From assembly GCA_034722055.1 (NCBI GenBank), contig JAYENL010000320.1:1-17428 (forward strand): DNA of 17,428 nt. Direction: 5' to 3'. The position numbers were made by a program, and so were the translations under genes. Below the pieces are notes generated by a model. That model had not been told where the DNA came from and did no database searches. It saw only the letters and a program-made list of their open reading frames with translations. Below, piece after piece: positions 1-7,584 of this stretch. This DNA is from Armatimonadota bacterium. GTDB lineage: Bacteria; Armatimonadota; Zipacnadia; Zipacnadales; UBA5352. Numbering within the stretch: position 1 is the stretch's first letter; the number at the start of each line of letters is the position of its first letter.

Positions 1-13
1 GCCGGCTGGACGG

Positions 14-40
14 GCGGCCCCGCCTTGGCGGGGCCGCTCG
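14..40 (-). terminator. GC-rich hairpin downstream of the first oxidoreductase (possible terminator or REP-like palindrome)
   Basis: GCGGCCCCGCC (14-24) tt GGCGGGGCCGC (27-37) is a perfect inverted repeat about 25 nt past the stop at 61. There is no U-tract. Confidence 0.4.
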
Positions 41-60
41 GATTCTGCCGGAAGGGGCAC

Positions 61-1074
61 TCAGAAGTCGAAGCGCTCCGGGCTTACCGGCCGGCCTGTC
101 GCCAGGGACTCGTCGCCGGCGAGGGACACCGCGATGGTGTTGGCGACGTCGCGGCCGGAGATGGGCGGCTCGGTGTCGTCGATGATGGCCTGCGCGAAGT
201 CGCGAAGCACCGGGGCGTAGGGGTGACCCTGCACCGGGATGTCGATGGTGATGAGGTCATCCCTGCGGTCGTTGACGCGCACCCGGTCCGCCTCGCGGCC
301 CGACAGGTAGGTGGCCCTGGTTCCGTAAAGCATGAAGTTGCGGAAGGACGGCCGCTGGCAGGCGTAGGTGACGCCGAACTTGCCACAAGCACCGCTCTCG
401 AACTTCAGCACCGAGACGGAGCAGTCGTCGAACGGATACTGCTCCTCGATGAGGCACTTCCTGGAGCCGTAGGCGAAGATCTCCTCCACCTCGCCTACGC
501 ACCACCGCAGCAGGTCGATCATGTGGCAGCCGCCGCCCACAAAGGGCGTGTGCCCCTGACGCTTCTCCCCGCGCCATCCGCTGAGGATCAGCCGCGAGAT
601 GTTGTGCACGTAGTCGGCCTCGCAGTAGAAGATCTCCCCCAGGTAGCCGCTATCGGCCATCCGCTTGGCCTCCATGAAGCGCGGGTTGGTGCGCAGCACC
701 TGGTTGACGGCCAGCTTGCGGCCGGAGCGCTCCTCGGCGGCCAGCATCGCGCGGACCTCGTCGATGCTGATGGTCATCGGCTTCTCCACCAGCACGTGCT
801 TGCCCGCCTGCAGCGCCGCGATCGTCATGGGCGCATGGTCTGCGTCGGGGGTGGCGATGAAGACGAAGTCGATGTCATCCTCCGCCAGCATCTTCTCGTA
901 GTCGGTGAAGGTCCGCTGCACGCCGAGCTGCTGGGCGACCTCACCAAGCAGCGGCTCGTTGATGTCGCACAGCGCCACCAGCTCGGTGTGCGGCAGCTCC
1001 TGAATGGGCCCAGCGCGCGGCCCGTTGCGGCTGACGCCGATGACGGCGCCTCGGATCGGGGTCCCGTCGCTCAT
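61..1074 (-). CDS. Gfo/Idh/MocA family NAD(P)-dependent oxidoreductase (~337 aa)
   Basis: N-terminal Rossmann strand (IRGAVIG), FIATPDADH, GKHVLVEKP motif and GCHMIDLLRW. ATG at 1074 lies 11 nt downstream of GGGAG. The GTG at 1086 overlaps that RBS, so it is less likely. Confidence 0.9.
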   Translation of the reverse strand: MSDGTPIRGAVIGVSRNGPRAGPIQELPHTELVALCDINEPLLGEVAQQLGVQRTFTDYEKMLAEDDIDFVFIATPDADHAPMTIAALQAGKHVLVEKPMTISIDEVRAMLAAEERSGRKLAVNQVLRTNPRFMEAKRMADSGYLGEIFYCEADYVHNISRLILSGWRGEKRQGHTPFVGGGCHMIDLLRWCVGEVEEIFAYGSRKCLIEEQYPFDDCSVSVLKFESGACGKFGVTYACQRPSFRNFMLYGTRATYLSGREADRVRVNDRRDDLITIDIPVQGHPYAPVLRDFAQAIIDDTEPPISGRDVANTIAVSLAGDESLATGRPVSPERFDF

Positions 1075-1098
1075 GCCGGGTGTCACTCCCCAGCGTCT

Positions 1099-2085
1099 TC
1101 AGTCGCGCGAGAAGATCAGCAGGTCGCGCTCATTCCCGTCGTCGTCGGTCAGCACGTCGCGCACCGCGGCCTCCTGCTCGAAGCCGACCGCGGCCAGCGT
1201 CTCCGGCTTGCCATCATCCCCCGAGGCCGCGAAGGCCAGCACCTTGCCGGCCTCGGGCAGCGCCACCGCCTGCGCCAGTCGCGCCGCGTGGTCGAGCCAT
1301 CCCGGGTGCACGAACACATCCAGGCACAGCGGCTGCCCCGGAAAGCCCGAGAGCCTCCCCAGCAGCGCGTAGCCCATCACCGCGCCGTCCTGCGACGCCA
1401 GGACCTTGAACTCGCGGATGCGCCCCTCCTCCAGGTCCCTGCGCATCCGAATGTAGTGCCCCTCGAAGCCCCCGAAGCCGTAACAGCCCAGCACGGCGCT
1501 GCGAACGTGCCAGCCCCCGACGACCTCCGACAGCGCCTCCAGAGGCGGCCAGTCGCCCCACTGCGTCTCCCGGACATCGACCGGGCGGGGCTCAAACTGG
1601 CGGTCGAAGAAGTCCGCCTCGTTCAGCAGCCGCATGGTGCCGGTGTCCCGCCAGCCCTCGAAGCCGAAGCTGGCGTAGATGTGATATGGTGGCGAATCGT
1701 AGCCGGTGTGCAGAAACAGCGCCCGGCCGTCGCGGGCCGCAAAGTCGTCCACCGCGGCCTCCATCAGCGCTGAGCAGATACCCTTGCGTCGATGCTCCGG
1801 TGGGGTGTAGACATGCCCCAGGATCCCGATCGGGGGCGTCATGGACTCTACAGTCATGACGTTGCCCACGGCCTCCCCGGTCTCCAGCACGCCCAGGTAG
1901 AAGTACTGCTCGAGCCCCTCCAGGCCCTCATCGAGTGCGACCTCCATCTGCCACACCCAGGGCTCGCCCTTGTGCCCCAAAAGTGGCACGATGCGGTCCC
2001 GCCACTGCGCGTCGGGCGCCAGCACGCGCACGACGCGCATCTGTTCCCCGTCTTTGAGCTGCACTGTGTCGAGGTGTAGATCCAT
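1099..2085 (-). CDS. GNAT family N-acetyltransferase, probably two GNAT folds (~328 aa)
   Basis: Acetyl-CoA motif A (GHVYTPPEHRRKGICSALM) followed by LHT...IYASFGF. A degenerate second GNAT-like half (LDVFVHP...VGFEQEA) follows. True start MDLHLD at 2085 with RBS GGGAGG. The ORF-track extension to 2787 crosses repeat DNA. Confidence 0.85.
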   Translation of the reverse strand: MDLHLDTVQLKDGEQMRVVRVLAPDAQWRDRIVPLLGHKGEPWVWQMEVALDEGLEGLEQYFYLGVLETGEAVGNVMTVESMTPPIGILGHVYTPPEHRRKGICSALMEAAVDDFAARDGRALFLHTGYDSPPYHIYASFGFEGWRDTGTMRLLNEADFFDRQFEPRPVDVRETQWGDWPPLEALSEVVGGWHVRSAVLGCYGFGGFEGHYIRMRRDLEEGRIREFKVLASQDGAVMGYALLGRLSGFPGQPLCLDVFVHPGWLDHAARLAQAVALPEAGKVLAFAASGDDGKPETLAAVGFEQEAAVRDVLTDDDGNERDLLIFSRD

Positions 2086-2106
2086 GATTACCTCCCTGCG
2101 GATGGC

Positions 2107-2830
2107 GTCGGGCTGGAAGCCCGACCTACGCGAAACACAGAGCAGGCAGAGGGCGCCTGTCCTGCCGTCAGGAGGGGCGGGCTTCCTTGCCCGCCCGGCC
2201 GTTGTCGTGGAGCCTCTCGCCCTCAGTTCACGTGGCGAACTCATCCCCTCTCTCCGGTGCGCACGAGGAGAACGACAGCGCAGTCTCCATCCCCTCCGTG
2301 GCACGGACACTGGAGACCTCTGGTCTCTGTCCGTGCGCCGTAAACCGTCAGCCATTGTCGTTGTGCCCCCTCTGGCGCCCTCGCTACGGATCGGTTTGCG
2401 CGTCCAACTACGGATCGGTTTGCGCGTCCAACAACAGAAACGGCTCAGGACGAACGGCAACCGCAACGACCGGGCGGGAACGGAGGCCCGCCCCTCCAAA
2501 CGGAACGCAAACGACAGCTCAACGGCCGGGCGCGAACGTAGTCGCGCCCCTCCAGACGCCTGGGCAACGGCGGCCTCTTCTTCCCTCCCTGGCGCCCGTG
2601 CGGCCCGCCGCTGTCGTTGGACGGTGCCGTGCGGAGGGGCCGCACGACGACGGGTGCAAAGCACCCGGCGGAGGTCGGCCCACCACGCTGCGCAACGGCA
2701 ACCGCGCTGGGCGGCACGCCGCGCCGTAGGGCGTGACGGCATCAGAAACGACCGGCGGGCTGGGCAGCCCGCCGCTCCGTACGACATAACGGCATCAGAA
2801 CAGCGGGCGCGGCACGGGTCCGCGCCCTAC
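2107..2830. repeat. Cluster of REP-like tagged palindromes (at least six GGAG/GTAG-hairpin units, BIME-like)
   Basis: 2107-2129(-) GTAG GTCGGGCT tcc AGCCCGAC; 2171-2196(+) GGAG GGGCGGGC ttcctt GCCCGCCC; 2472-2497(-) GGAG GGGCGGG cctccgtt CCCGCCC; 2528-2553(-) GGAG GGGCGCGA ctacgt TCGCGCCC; 2753-2778(-) GGAG CGGCGGGCT gccc AGCCCGCCG; 2806-2830(-) GTAG GGCGCGG acccgtg CCGCGCC. Confidence 0.75.
2384..2431 (+). repeat. Perfect 24-bp tandem duplication
   Basis: CTACGGATCGGTTTGCGCGTCCAA occurs at 2384-2407 and 2408-2431 with no spacer. Confidence 0.95.
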
Positions 2831-2839
2831 AGCACGGCT

Positions 2840-4108
2840 CTATGCCAGCGGATCGCGGATGTCGATCTCGCCGTCGCCCAGGAAGGCTGTCACCGGGCTG
2901 CCCCTGCCGGCACGGGTATGCTCCAGGTTCCGGTCCGCGACCCGCTGGGCGGCCTCGATCAGCGCCACCGTGGAGCGCTGCGAGGCCGCGGTCGGGTACT
3001 CGCCCGCAAGCTCCTCATGTTTTGCCCCCAGGAGCCTCCGGCGCATGATCGCCGAGAAGCCGGCGGTCAGGGAGTCCTTCCCGTAGCCCTTCATCTCGTC
3101 AAAGCGCTCGTAGGCGGGCGTCAGGCCGTTGAAGAACGGGTTCGTGGTGCGCGAGCCCTCCCCGGCGATGCAGTAGCGCAGGCCGCGGTCCTGCTGGTCC
3201 ATGAAGGCGCTCCCGCGCGTGCAGAAGACCTTGATCTCCTGGTTGACCGGCCCCTCGAAGTCCGGCGGGTTGATCCAGGCGTTGACATACAGGGCCTCCA
3301 TTCCGCCCTCGTAGGTCACCTTCACCTGCATCGAATCGTAGGTGTCGATGGGGCTCGCCGCGCCGGTCTCGGGGTCCAGCCAGCTTGCCAGCAGGCTCTT
3401 CTGGCCGGTGGCGTGCAATGACACCGGCTCCAGCCCCAGATAGTAGTAGACCACGTCCGTCCAGTGGCAGCCCACGTAGCTGAAGGGGTTCGACCGCGCC
3501 GCCCACCTGAAGACCTCCGTGGAGACCTCCAGCGGCTCCTCCAGCACCGCCCGCACGTAATTGACCTGCCCCATCCGGGGCAGCAGGTCGCGGAAGAGCG
3601 TGACGTTCATGGGGTCGTAGCGCTTGTGCATGTCGCAGGAGACGATGCGCTCGGCCTGCTGCGCGGCCGCGATGACCTCCTCGGCCTGCTCCAGCGTCAG
3701 GCACAGGGGCTTCTCGGTGATGACGTCCAGCCCGTGCGAGAGCGCGGCGATGATGGGCTGGTAGTGCAGGTCATCCGGCGTGGCGACCACCAGCACGTCC
3801 GGCTGCGTCTCGGCGATGATCTCCTCCCAGACGGTATCTCCATAGAACGGACGCACTGAGGCATCCGGGACGCCCTGGCGGTACCACTCGCAGATCTTCC
3901 CGGCGGTGCCGCGCTTGGGGGAGTGCGTGCCGATGGCGACGAACTCCACCGTGATGTCAGCGAGATCGCGGGCGAGGCGTCCCTGACCGATGGAGCCCAG
4001 GTAGGGCGCGATGCCGTAGCGCTCGAAGTCCAGCAGCGTGTGGCCGATGACCTCCTCGAAGAACATGCCGCCGCCCACGACGGCGACGCGCAGCGTGCGA
4101 TCGCTCAT
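2840..4108 (-). CDS. Gfo/Idh/MocA family oxidoreductase (422 aa)
   Basis: LRVAVVGGG, VVATPDDLH, DVITEKP, HKRYDP and GCHWTD motifs. RBS GGAGGGAG lies upstream of the ATG at 4108. Confidence 0.88.
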   Translation of the reverse strand: MSDRTLRVAVVGGGMFFEEVIGHTLLDFERYGIAPYLGSIGQGRLARDLADITVEFVAIGTHSPKRGTAGKICEWYRQGVPDASVRPFYGDTVWEEIIAETQPDVLVVATPDDLHYQPIIAALSHGLDVITEKPLCLTLEQAEEVIAAAQQAERIVSCDMHKRYDPMNVTLFRDLLPRMGQVNYVRAVLEEPLEVSTEVFRWAARSNPFSYVGCHWTDVVYYYLGLEPVSLHATGQKSLLASWLDPETGAASPIDTYDSMQVKVTYEGGMEALYVNAWINPPDFEGPVNQEIKVFCTRGSAFMDQQDRGLRYCIAGEGSRTTNPFFNGLTPAYERFDEMKGYGKDSLTAGFSAIMRRRLLGAKHEELAGEYPTAASQRSTVALIEAAQRVADRNLEHTRAGRGSPVTAFLGDGEIDIRDPLA

Positions 4109-4149
4109 GGGTCTCCCTCCGGTGCCGCGGCTTGAACCGGCAATGAGGC

Positions 4150-4175
4150 ATTCTCCGACACGTTGCCGGCAGCCT
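4150..4175 (-). promoter_or_regulatory. Putative sigma-H-like promoter for the oxidoreductase
   Basis: Minus strand reads gaAGGC-N18-GAAT about 40 nt upstream of the ATG at 4108. This resembles the Bacillus SigH consensus AGGA-N17/18-GAAT. Confidence 0.35.
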
Positions 4176-4206
4176 TCCTCACGCGGGGCGATCTCGCCTG
4201 GGGGAG

Positions 4207-4231
4207 AGGGCGCCGGCCGCGAGGAGCGAAT
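4207..4231 (+). promoter_or_regulatory. Putative sigma-H-like promoter for the GH95-like gene
   Basis: AGGG (4207-4210), N17, GAAT (4228-4231), about 40 nt upstream of the start. Confidence 0.35.
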
Positions 4232-4272
4232 AGGGCCTCGACCCTTGACTCCACCACGGGAGGCGACGTGTG

Positions 4273-6645
4273 ATGCGCCTGACCGACAGGCAGATCGATA
4301 GCTTCCTGTCCCGCCACGACCTCATCTGGGAGCGCGCGCCCATGGAGTGGAACACGGGCATCCCACTGGGCAACGGGCACATCGGCGCGCTCATCTGGGG
4401 CGACGGCTCGCCGCTGAAGATCACGCTCGACAAGTACGATTGCTGGGAGCTGCGCGAGCAGCAGCCCGACCCGGAAGTCTACAACTACCAGCACCTCCGG
4501 GAGCTGGTGGAGGCCGGCGCCGAGGAACAGGCCCAGTGGGACATGAACCAGCGCTGGCGGGTGCCCGAGAAGCCCCATCCCACCCGCCTGTCCATGCCCC
4601 GGGTGGAGATCTACCTGCCCAACACGGGCAGTTTTCGCGCCAATCTGAGCCTCTACGGGGCATCGGTGCTGGGCCGGATCGGTCCCGGCGCAGATTTCGA
4701 CCCGGACCGCGATCCGCCCGAGCTGGCGGAGGAGAGCATTGAGTTCCACGCCTCGATCGCCGACGAGAATCTGCTCGTGATGACGCTCCACGGGTGGGAC
4801 CTGTCCGAGGCCCGCGACATGCACGTCATCGTGTCTCTGGATCACCTCAGCGATGACGCGAAGCAGACGCTGGCCGACTGGGGCTACGAGGAGCCTGAGA
4901 TGGGCCGCGAGCCTGACGGCTGCCGGTGGCTGCGCATGCGCTTCCCGGCCGGCGGGGAGTACGTGGTGGCCTGGCAGGTGCACGAGCTGCGGGGCGAGTT
5001 CATGCTGTCCATTGCGGTGCTGAGCCATAACGACGCGGATGATCCGCGCGCGGAGGCCCTGAGGCTGGTCCGCGAGGCGTCGGAGATGAGGGAGCCGCTG
5101 GCCCAGAAGCATCTGGCCTGGTGGACCCAGTGGTGGCGGGCGTGCTTGCTGACGATCCCCGACCCGCTGCTGGAGAGTCTGTTCTACGCCGAGATGTACA
5201 AGCTGGGCTGCTGCTCCCGGCCCGGCGGACTGCCCATCACGCTGCAGGGCCTGTGGACGGCCGACGGGGTGATGCCGCCGTGGTCGGGCGACTACCACCT
5301 GGACATGAACGTGCAGGAGAGCTACTGGCCGGTCTATGCCTCGAACCACCTCGACGCCGGCCAGCCGCTTTATGAGACCTTCTTCGAGTGCATCCCGCGA
5401 TGGCAAGAGGAGTGCCGCAGCTTCTTCGGCTTCGACGGCATCTGGAGCGGCTGCGCCATCGCACCGGACGGCTCCCGCGTGCACGGCTATCACGGCGTGG
5501 AGTTCTGGCCGGGCAACGCCGCCTGGCTGGCGCACCACTACTGGCTGCACTGGCTCTACAGCCGCGACCAGCGGTTCCTGCGCGAGCGCGCGCTGCCCAT
5601 GATGCGGGGGGCCATGCAGACCTACATGGGGCTGCTGGAGGAGGGGGAGGACGGGCGCCTGCACATCCCGCTGGGCTACTCGCCCGAGTGGGGCGAGGGC
5701 AGCGTCTCCCGCTACGGCCCGGACCCGGCCTGCGACATCGCGCTGATCCGCTGGCTGGGCGAGAGCCTCATTCAGGCCACGGAGGTGCTGGGCATGACGG
5801 ACGATGACGAGCGCGAGCGCTGGCAGGACACGCTGGACCGGCTGGCTGACTATCCGCAGGGCGGCGACGGCCTGCATGTGACCGCGGACGATCCGCTCTA
5901 CCACTCTCACCGGCATCACTCGCACCTTATGCCCATCCACCCGCTGGGGACGCTGACCGTTGAGGGCGGCGACGAGCAGCGGGCGCTGGTGAACGCGTCG
6001 ATCACGCACCTTATCGAGATGGGGACCGGCGCGTGGACCGGCTGGTCCTTCCCGTGGGCGTCACTGATCGCGGCGCGGGCCGGCATGGGCAACATGGCCT
6101 GGGATATGCTGCAGCGCTACCGGGCCTTCATCACGCCGAACACCTTCCACGTCAACGGGGACTACCGGGCGTTCGGTCACTCCAGGGCGCGCTACTCGCC
6201 GATGACGCTGGAGGCCGGCTTCTGCGCCGCCGCGGCGATCATGGAGATGCTGCTCCAGAGTTGGGGCGGCGTGATCCGCCTCTTCCCGGCCATCCCTGAC
6301 CGCTGGTCGGACTGCGCCTTCGAGGACCTGCGGGCGGAGGGCGCCTTCCTGGTCAGCGCACAGATGCGCGACGGTGACGTCGAGTACGTCCGTATCTGGA
6401 GCGAGATCGGAGGGACCTGCAAGCTGCGCAATCCCTGGTCGGACGAGCCGGTGCGGCTGATGATGGCCGACGAGGAGACCACGCTGGAGGGCGAGGAGCT
6501 GCGCTGGGACACGGAGCCGGACAGCGGCTACGCGCTCATCCCGGTCGGGCGGGAGATCCCCGGGACCGGCCTGCGCCCGACTCTCGAGGAGTGGTCCGCC
6601 GAGCGCCACAACTGGTTCGGCGTCAAGCGCAACGCGCGTTTCTGA
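4273..6645 (+). CDS. Glycoside hydrolase, GH95 (alpha-L-fucosidase)-like, (alpha/alpha)6 barrel (~790 aa)
   Basis: GIPLGNGHIGALIWG N-terminal motif, LQGLW, PWSGDYH, SPE, HRHHSHL, EMLLQS...IRLFPAIP and LRAEGAFLVSA. RBS GGGAGG at 4258-4263. Start is ATG 4273 or GTG 4270. No signal peptide. Confidence 0.85.
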   Translation: MRLTDRQIDSFLSRHDLIWERAPMEWNTGIPLGNGHIGALIWGDGSPLKITLDKYDCWELREQQPDPEVYNYQHLRELVEAGAEEQAQWDMNQRWRVPEKPHPTRLSMPRVEIYLPNTGSFRANLSLYGASVLGRIGPGADFDPDRDPPELAEESIEFHASIADENLLVMTLHGWDLSEARDMHVIVSLDHLSDDAKQTLADWGYEEPEMGREPDGCRWLRMRFPAGGEYVVAWQVHELRGEFMLSIAVLSHNDADDPRAEALRLVREASEMREPLAQKHLAWWTQWWRACLLTIPDPLLESLFYAEMYKLGCCSRPGGLPITLQGLWTADGVMPPWSGDYHLDMNVQESYWPVYASNHLDAGQPLYETFFECIPRWQEECRSFFGFDGIWSGCAIAPDGSRVHGYHGVEFWPGNAAWLAHHYWLHWLYSRDQRFLRERALPMMRGAMQTYMGLLEEGEDGRLHIPLGYSPEWGEGSVSRYGPDPACDIALIRWLGESLIQATEVLGMTDDDERERWQDTLDRLADYPQGGDGLHVTADDPLYHSHRHHSHLMPIHPLGTLTVEGGDEQRALVNASITHLIEMGTGAWTGWSFPWASLIAARAGMGNMAWDMLQRYRAFITPNTFHVNGDYRAFGHSRARYSPMTLEAGFCAAAAIMEMLLQSWGGVIRLFPAIPDRWSDCAFEDLRAEGAFLVSAQMRDGDVEYVRIWSEIGGTCKLRNPWSDEPVRLMMADEETTLEGEELRWDTEPDSGYALIPVGREIPGTGLRPTLEEWSAERHNWFGVKRNARF

Positions 6646-6687
6646 TCCGCCGGCTCATCGCCGCCCGGCGTGAGCAGCGCCACGAAG

Positions 6688-6715
6688 CGGACCGAGAGAT
6701 AACTCGGCCCGCTCC
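6688..6715 (-). repeat. GGAG-tagged REP-like hairpin between convergent genes (possible terminator or RNA-end protector)
   Basis: Minus strand reads GGAG CGGGCCGAG ttatct CTCGGTCCG, with one G-T pair. Confidence 0.55.
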
Positions 6716-6750
6716 GCCGACAGGGTACGAGGACGAGGTTGCGGGCGCAG

Positions 6751-7407
6751 TCAGTCGTAACCGATGATGGTCCACATCCCGGGCTGGCTCTGCCTGAGCC
6801 ACTTGGCGTGCCCGTCGCAGAAGACAGCGTTGAACCCCTCGTTGTGCCTGAGCGCAACGCGGCTGTACTGGCCGTGGTCGATGACGTCCACGAGGTGGTA
6901 GTCCCTTGAGCCGCCCGTGTAGATCTCGGAGGTCCTTGAGTCCACCAGGATGATGGTCTCGGCGGGCTTGTCAATCTGCGCCAGCTTCTCGTCCCCGAGT
7001 TTTCCGATGTAATTGTGGTTCACGTCATGCGCGCAATTATTGAAGGCGTAGGAGCACACGAGTGGGTTCGGCAGATTCGGCGGGCGCAGGTAGGTGTAGT
7101 ACCACGCATCCGAAGGGCATTCCAGGAGCTGGTAGTTCTTGATGTAGGGCTGCAGCATGTCGCCCCACCACCACAGGTAGCGGCTGCCACCCAGATACAT
7201 GTAGCGATAGTACTTGGGAAGACGCTCGTCGTAGTCAGATGCGTACATCTGAATCGCCAGTCCGCACTGCTTGAGGTTGCTGAGACAACTCGCCTGCCGA
7301 GCCTTCTCCCGCGCCCTCGCGAAGACCGGGAAGAGAATTGCCGCCAGGATCGCGATGATCGCGATAACCACCAGCAGCTCGATAAGAGTGAAGCCGCGAC
7401 GATCCAT
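6751..7407 (-). CDS. DUF1559 / prepilin-type N-terminal cleavage-methylation domain protein with C-terminal H-X9-DG motif (218 aa)
   Basis: [45 protein letters not shown], then YASDYDE, CPSD, SYAFN and [26 protein letters not shown]. Confidence 0.93.
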   Translation of the reverse strand: MDRRGFTLIELLVVIAIIAILAAILFPVFARAREKARQASCLSNLKQCGLAIQMYASDYDERLPKYYRYMYLGGSRYLWWWGDMLQPYIKNYQLLECPSDAWYYTYLRPPNLPNPLVCSYAFNNCAHDVNHNYIGKLGDEKLAQIDKPAETIILVDSRTSEIYTGGSRDYHLVDVIDHGQYSRVALRHNEGFNAVFCDGHAKWLRQSQPGMWTIIGYD

Positions 7408-7453
7408 TGGATGTCACCTCTGGGTTAGAGACATGAAGTGCTCGAGCGCCTCA

Positions 7454-7483
7454 AATATACAACATGGCCCCACCATCTGTCAA
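7454..7483 (-). promoter_or_regulatory. Near-consensus sigma-70 promoter for the DUF1559 gene
   Basis: Minus strand TTGACA (7483-7478), 18 nt, TATATT (7459-7454), about 46 nt upstream of the ATG. It stands out in GC-rich DNA. Confidence 0.7.
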
Positions 7484-7513
7484 GTTCCCCCGGCACCCGC
7501 CCCACCCGTACGA

Positions 7514-7539
7514 AGGAGCCACGTGCGGCGCAGGGGAAT
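7514..7539 (+). promoter_or_regulatory. Putative sigma-H-like promoter for the acyltransferase gene
   Basis: gaAGGA (7514-7517), N18, GAAT (7536-7539), about 45 nt upstream of the proposed start at 7585. Confidence 0.45.
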
Positions 7540-7584
7540 ACTGAAGCGCTGCTGGCAACAGCAATCTGACGGGAGTGCAATGCC

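Noticed and set aside
25..1773. Long antisense or alternate-frame ORFs (e.g. 25..1773+, 1970..3421+, 4105..6009-, 7480..8502-, 10542..11996-, 15515..16621-)
   Set aside because: These are shadow ORFs typical of high-GC DNA. They overlap well-supported genes and have Arg/Gly/Pro-rich, motif-free translations.
2384..2431. CRISPR array
   Set aside because: Only two directly adjacent copies with no spacer and no cas genes. The REP-like units are also not identical or regularly spaced.
2086..2787. N-terminal 234-aa extension of the GNAT ORF
   Set aside because: It runs through palindromic repeat DNA with low-complexity translation, and a strong RBS sits before the ATG at 2085.
2333..2835. Group II intron remnant (GTGCG near 2333, CTAC near 2830)
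   Set aside because: No recognisable domain V and no reverse transcriptase ORF. The structures are better explained as REP-like hairpins.
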